Shown: one piece after another, positions 33,867-38,209 of the stretch
How positions within the stretch are numbered: the first letter of the stretch is position 1
Layout: each line of letters begins with the position of its first letter
Assembly: GCA_052034245.1 (NCBI GenBank)
Contig: JBPOIV010000095.1
Coordinates: 1 to 38,209, forward strand
Length of the DNA: 38,209 nt
Direction: 5' to 3'
Origin: Myxococcota bacterium
GTDB lineage: Bacteria > Myxococcota > UBA727 > JABDBI01
Program-made: the position numbers and the translations under genes
Notes under the pieces: model-generated
Told to the model about the DNA's origin: nothing
What the model saw: the letters and a program-made list of their open reading frames with translations, nothing else
Database searches by the model: none

Positions 33867-34685
33867 TTATTCTTGAGCCAGCTGCCGCAATAATTCGCGA
33901 AACCCAGGCTGCGGCTCAAAATTAGCCACCATAATCGAAGAAGCGTGCGTCACTTCATTAAAACGAAGGGCGCTTCCATCTAGATGGCACATCAATGCAC
34001 CGGATGCGTTAATAATGGCTTGAGGCGCACAGGTGTCCCATACTTTCATCCGACGATTCCAGCATACATAAAAATCCGCCTCATTATCGGTGACCAACAT
34101 GGCTTTAAGACCAATGGAACTTTTTCGCGTAATCGATGCAGGCTGGATATGATCAATAAGCTCCGATTGACGTTTAGAGCGAGTATGCGGCGAGACTAAA
34201 ATACGAAGAGAAGTACCATCTTTGGCAATTCTTTGGATGTGTAATGACTTTTTCTCGCCGCCATGCATTCGCTCGCACAATTTATGGGCTCTAAAATTCA
34301 CGCCACTCCACATGATATCCGTTGCCGGCTGATAAATAACTCCCAGCACCGGCTTTTGATCTATAAGCAGGCCTACCATGACGACAAAATCAGGGCGTCC
34401 CAAAATAAAACTCGCGGTCCCATCAATGGGATCAAGCAGCCACACTCTTTCAGAAGTGGAAATAAGCTCGTTTTGATAACTTTCCTCGCTAATAATTTGA
34501 TCCTCAGGAAAGTGTCTTTTCAACTCGCAGCACAAAAACTCATCCACAAGAATATCTGCATCGGAAACAGGACCCTGCCCATGAGGCTTGTAGCGCACTT
34601 TTAATGTCGACTGTTTGGATAGAGCGATGGCACCCGCTTCGCGTGCAATCTTTTGGGCAATGCCCAACTCAAAAGACAGATCCAT
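33867..34685 (-). CDS. Inositol monophosphatase-family phosphatase, CysQ-like 3'(2'),5'-bisphosphate nucleotidase
   Basis: WLLDPIDGTASFI, SIGLKAMLVTDNEADFYV and VWDTCAPQAIINASGA are present. ATG at 34685 is chosen because the track start (TTG at 34703) lies inside the U-tract of the ahpC terminator. Confidence 0.8.
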   Translation of the reverse strand: MDLSFELGIAQKIAREAGAIALSKQSTLKVRYKPHGQGPVSDADILVDEFLCCELKRHFPEDQIISEESYQNELISTSERVWLLDPIDGTASFILGRPDFVVMVGLLIDQKPVLGVIYQPATDIMWSGVNFRAHKLCERMHGGEKKSLHIQRIAKDGTSLRILVSPHTRSKRQSELIDHIQPASITRKSSIGLKAMLVTDNEADFYVCWNRRMKVWDTCAPQAIINASGALMCHLDGSALRFNEVTHASSIMVANFEPQPGFRELLRQLAQE

Positions 34686-34701
34686 ACGGCCCCCCAAGGG
34701 C

Positions 34702-34726
34702 AAAAAAAAACCTCCGATGCGGAGGT
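34702..34726 (-). terminator. Rho-independent terminator after ahpC
   Basis: On the minus strand the sequence reads acctccg-cat-cggaggt (34710-34726) followed by a T-run (34702-34709). It lies 18 nt downstream of the ahpC stop. Confidence 0.8.
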
Positions 34727-34744
34727 CTTTGGGTGAACAGCTCG

Positions 34745-35344
34745 CTAGAGCGATGCGCTGTTGCTCGCAAGATATGCCGCAACACCACCGGCGCTGGGTT
34801 TCATACTTACTTTACCTTTGGTCCATCCCGCAGGACAAACTTCGCCATGTTGCTCAGTATGTTGCAAAGCTTCAATTACACGCAGCGTTTCATCGACATT
34901 TCGTCCGATCGGCAAATCATTAAGCGTTGCATGACGCACAATGCCTGCTTTATCAATGATGAAGGTACCACGCAATGCAACTGCATCGTTGACAAGTACA
35001 CCGTAATCACGTGAAATTTCTTTGGTCAAATCTGATACGAGAGCAAAGTCAATCGGTCCAATACCACCTTTTTCAACCGGGGTATTTCTCCACGCAAAGT
35101 GCGAGAACTTAGAATCCACGGAAACGCCAATGATCTCAGTATTCAAGGCTTCAAAAGCTTTGGCTCTCTTCGAGAACGCAATTATTTCTGAAGGGCATAC
35201 GAAGGTAAAATCAAGGGGATAAAAGAAGAGCGCAACGTATTTTTTATCGCGAAAACTCGAAAGAGTGATCTCCTGAAAATCGCCATTTTTAAGTACGGCA
35301 TCGGCACTAAAATCGGGAGCGGGTTTTTGAATCAGGCTGTACAT
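34745..35344 (-). CDS. ahpC: Typical 2-Cys peroxiredoxin (AhpC/Tsa family)
   Basis: [15 protein letters not shown] carries the peroxidatic Cys and GEVCPAGW the resolving Cys. ATG at 35344 has aaggag 7 nt upstream and gives the canonical N-terminus [12 protein letters not shown]. Confidence 0.92.
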   Translation of the reverse strand: MYSLIQKPAPDFSADAVLKNGDFQEITLSSFRDKKYVALFFYPLDFTFVCPSEIIAFSKRAKAFEALNTEIIGVSVDSKFSHFAWRNTPVEKGGIGPIDFALVSDLTKEISRDYGVLVNDAVALRGTFIIDKAGIVRHATLNDLPIGRNVDETLRVIEALQHTEQHGEVCPAGWTKGKVSMKPSAGGVAAYLASNSASL

Positions 35345-35450
35345 TTGAGGACTCCTTCTGGTCATAAATGAGAAACTTTTAACAAAATGTCTCTCGTTGT
35401 GCTAGACCGGTCTCGAACGAAAGCGATTTCCTAGCTTGTAGAGGTGTACT

Positions 35451-36590
35451 GTGACAGAACTTTTTAGGCTTCTTTCAGATTTGCTTGCTTTTCCTACCGT
35501 CTCTCATACACCAAACAGCAGTTTAATCAGTTACTTAGAAGATCTCTCAAGAGATTTAGGTTTTTCCTGCAAAAAGATTCCCCATCCCGAGGATTCAGGC
35601 CGTTCTAATCTCCTTTGCACCATAGGTCCCGAAAAAGAAGGTGGGCTCATGCTTTCTGGCCACACCGATGTAGTGCCTACCATTGGCCAAGATTGGCACA
35701 CTGACCCTTTCCTTCTCACTGCAAAAAATGGCGCTTTTTATGGACGCGGCAGCACCGACATGAAAGGCTTCATCGCTGCTACGTATCTCGCTTTAAGAAA
35801 GATTGATTTTAAAAAGCTTACTAAGCCTCTCACTTTATTGTGGACCTACGACGAAGAAATAGGATGCCGTGGCTCTTTTGTGGCCGCTCCTCTTTTGCGA
35901 AACCATTTAGTCCATCTTCCTCAGGACGCATTAATCGGCGAGCCTACCGACTTTCAAATTTTGCGCATGCATTCAGGCCACGTCACTATCAGCATAAAAA
36001 CCAAAGGTAAGGGCGCGCATAGCTCGGATCCTTCGCTGGGAATCAATGCGATCAAAGCAATGAATCAAATACTTGCTGGTATCTTTGATTTAGAAAACGA
36101 ACTTAAGCAGGAGCAAGAACTAAAAGACTATTTTAAACGCCCCTTCGTGACGCTCAACGTCGGACAAATTAGGGGCGGCAGTGCGGTAAATATTATTGCC
36201 GACGAAGCTCATGCAAGCATAGGCTTTAGACCTTTACCAACGAGCTCTGTCGAGGATATTTTTCAGCGCATTCAAACACGAGCGCTTGAGTCCTGCCAAG
36301 TAGAAGGCGCAAAAGTTGATGTCATTCTTGAGCATTGCTCGCCAGCGATGATGACGCATGAGGGCAGTAAATTAGAAAAAATTCTTAAACCTCACGCCCA
36401 AAAAGGAAGTGAAGTTGCCGCAGCCTTTTCTACTGATGCAGGGAACTTAAGAAAAGAAGGTATCAACTGTCTTATCTATGGACCAGGAAGTATTTCCATA
36501 GCGCATCAAGCCAACGAATATATTCTAGAAAAAGACTTGCTCTTAGCTATTCCGAGACTTGAACAGATTATAAATGCCTATTGCACATGA
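35451..36590 (+). CDS. argE: Acetylornithine deacetylase (M20 peptidase family, ArgE-like)
   Basis: GTG start at 35451 with gaggtg at 35441-35446. LSGHTDVVP, W..DPF and YGRGSTDMKGF are present, and the length (379 aa) and layout are typical of ArgE. I cannot exclude DapE or another M20 activity from sequence alone. Confidence 0.8.
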   Translation: MTELFRLLSDLLAFPTVSHTPNSSLISYLEDLSRDLGFSCKKIPHPEDSGRSNLLCTIGPEKEGGLMLSGHTDVVPTIGQDWHTDPFLLTAKNGAFYGRGSTDMKGFIAATYLALRKIDFKKLTKPLTLLWTYDEEIGCRGSFVAAPLLRNHLVHLPQDALIGEPTDFQILRMHSGHVTISIKTKGKGAHSSDPSLGINAIKAMNQILAGIFDLENELKQEQELKDYFKRPFVTLNVGQIRGGSAVNIIADEAHASIGFRPLPTSSVEDIFQRIQTRALESCQVEGAKVDVILEHCSPAMMTHEGSKLEKILKPHAQKGSEVAAAFSTDAGNLRKEGINCLIYGPGSISIAHQANEYILEKDLLLAIPRLEQIINAYCT

Positions 36591-36591
36591 A

Positions 36592-38115
36592 TCACTCCAG
36601 CTCTTTTTCGTGACTCATATGCTCTTTGTGAGCAAAAAAAGTGTGATTGGCGCCGTAGCGTAAAAAGTTACCGATGTGATCGGTGTAAATGCAAGCATAT
36701 TGACGTACTTGGGCGCCAAAGCGGGATAACTCCTGACCTTCCCGAAAAAGTCTTCCCCATAAGGGGTGAAATTTATCCTCTAGATTCCTGTTGCTCAAAG
36801 CATAGCGTTGTTTCAATTTCATAAGCCGATGCGTGAGAGATTTAATTTGTACTTTTATTTCGTCAATCATCGAAGAATACTCCTCTTCATGATCGCGATT
36901 TTTTAAGACTTGAAGCAGCGTTCTCAATCGCATCAGCCTTTTATCAAGAATATTTTGCTCATCGCTAATTTGCCGAAGCTCGCGAAAAGATTCTTGGTGA
37001 TTTTGTGTGGTCTTAATTTCAAAGCTGAGTTCTTTGATTATCAAACATGTTCGCCACATCGAATCCTTTTTGCTGCGTAAAATATCGCCGTAAACGTGAT
37101 CGCCAACATATAAAACTTGCTTTCCTCTCACGCCACAGATGGCATGAAAATCATGAATATTGCCACCGCTCACCACTTTCTTTTTCATCTCCTCATCGAC
37201 ATTTTTTAGAGGACAAATAAAGGGCGTAGAATCAGTAAAAAATGAAGGCTTTTTGGCATCGACAATGATCATTTCAAAGAGAGCCAACCACTCTTGTTCA
37301 GTCTTTCCTTTGTGACCAAAGACATGATTCAATACGACGTTGGTATAATCATATGAACTATTAGTGAGAAGAAATAATTTTTTGCCATCATTTTGTAATT
37401 TTTTAAGGGCAATATAAACCTCATTATTTTGCTCAATATAACGATGTAAATCGCGACTTATTTCATTTTTCAGGCTGCCATTTGAGTGAATGGTATCCAT
37501 CACTAAACGCACTTCATTGAAAATCAGATTAAAGTTAAGTAATTCACTTTTATCAAGGCGAAATTTATCGATATTTAAATTCTGTTTTTGTAAATCATAA
37601 ATACATGAAACAGCATCAATAAATAAGCATGCTTCTGGAACACTAAAAAAAGTATCGAGTGAGTAATAGCGCTCATCGCCAATTTTAATGCGTTTAGCAC
37701 TATAAAAATTCTGAATTTGCTCCGCGCTTAATTCCCGATGACTATGCACGGCACGGCAAACATAATTTTGATCATCAAGCTTCAAGATATTGCCAAGATG
37801 CTTATCCACTACCAAACCGCGGATTATATAGTTTTGATTAAATTTATAGTTGTTAAGATGAGCAGGATAGCCAAAATTACTGATGAGATTTTCTTTCGCC
37901 AAATTATATTGTAAAGATTCCATTGGATTCTTTTTATATATGGCCAAGGTATAATCCATATCAAATCCAATAAGTTTAATATCTGTCATATTAATTTCAC
38001 GATTTGTATGAATAGCATTTGAAGGATTAAATAAGTTCTCCCAGCTAAGGCCAAGTTCTTTAAGATGCTTAGTCGATAATAAATGAGGGCTAAGCTTATG
38101 AGATTTGATTTTCAT
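36592..38115 (-). CDS. HAD-superfamily 5'-nucleotidase of the cytosolic purine 5'-nucleotidase (cN-II, 5_nucleotid) family
   Basis: IHTNREINMTDIKLIGFDMDYTLAIY contains HAD motif I (DMDYT) in the cN-II context. LFLLTNSSYDYT and VLYVGDHVYGDILRSKK are the later HAD motifs of this family. Length is 507 aa. Confidence 0.8.
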   Translation of the reverse strand: MKIKSHKLSPHLLSTKHLKELGLSWENLFNPSNAIHTNREINMTDIKLIGFDMDYTLAIYKKNPMESLQYNLAKENLISNFGYPAHLNNYKFNQNYIIRGLVVDKHLGNILKLDDQNYVCRAVHSHRELSAEQIQNFYSAKRIKIGDERYYSLDTFFSVPEACLFIDAVSCIYDLQKQNLNIDKFRLDKSELLNFNLIFNEVRLVMDTIHSNGSLKNEISRDLHRYIEQNNEVYIALKKLQNDGKKLFLLTNSSYDYTNVVLNHVFGHKGKTEQEWLALFEMIIVDAKKPSFFTDSTPFICPLKNVDEEMKKKVVSGGNIHDFHAICGVRGKQVLYVGDHVYGDILRSKKDSMWRTCLIIKELSFEIKTTQNHQESFRELRQISDEQNILDKRLMRLRTLLQVLKNRDHEEEYSSMIDEIKVQIKSLTHRLMKLKQRYALSNRNLEDKFHPLWGRLFREGQELSRFGAQVRQYACIYTDHIGNFLRYGANHTFFAHKEHMSHEKELE

Positions 38116-38209
38116 TTTTGCTCACGAATAGTTTTAGTAATATCTCTCACATCAATCTAGCAAAGAATGATAAAAATAATAAATAATTACATTTGTTGCT
38201 TACACAAAT

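Noticed and set aside
35404-35413. Perfect 10-bp palindrome agaccggtct in the ahpC-argE divergent promoter region, a possible operator
   Set aside because: About 37 perfect 10-bp palindromes are expected by chance in 38 kb. It does not resemble the OxyR, PerR or ArgR boxes I know.

Overview
This is a 38.2-kb chromosomal window from a diderm (Gram-negative) bacterium with moderate-to-low G+C; I cannot assign a taxon from the sequence. I support about 38 protein-coding genes on both strands, one riboswitch, one tandem palindromic repeat array and three hairpin terminators. I found no rRNA, tRNA, CRISPR, transposase, integrase or phage genes. The housekeeping backbone is ftsZ (3' part), pgpA, tldD-pmbA, a TerC-family protein, an MMPL/RND exporter translationally coupled to a lone CoA-transferase A subunit, dapD, a TPP-riboswitch-controlled sodium:solute symporter, orn, a secreted alpha-amylase, an NhaP-type antiporter, ychF, smc, a TPR protein, an AI-2E/PerM permease, a GT25 glycosyltransferase, a CysQ-like phosphatase, ahpC and argE. 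Between these lie signal-peptide-bearing proteins that look like effectors or eukaryotic proteins. They are a GlnE/DrrA-type nucleotidyltransferase (2203-4026), a prepro protein-glutamine glutaminase/deamidase (22830-23981), an ankyrin-repeat protein (25378-25956), a lipobox-bearing GT25 enzyme and a cN-II-type 5'-nucleotidase (36592-38115). The best candidate for an undescribed system is the minus-strand cluster at 4050-7876. It encodes an exported FNR-fold protein with an RR-type signal peptide, a polytopic membrane protein with two H-x13-H pairs, and three exported proteins of unknown function. This could be an envelope redox module. All functional calls rest on motif recognition by eye from the translations. 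None has been checked by a database search, and the tests that would decide each are stated.
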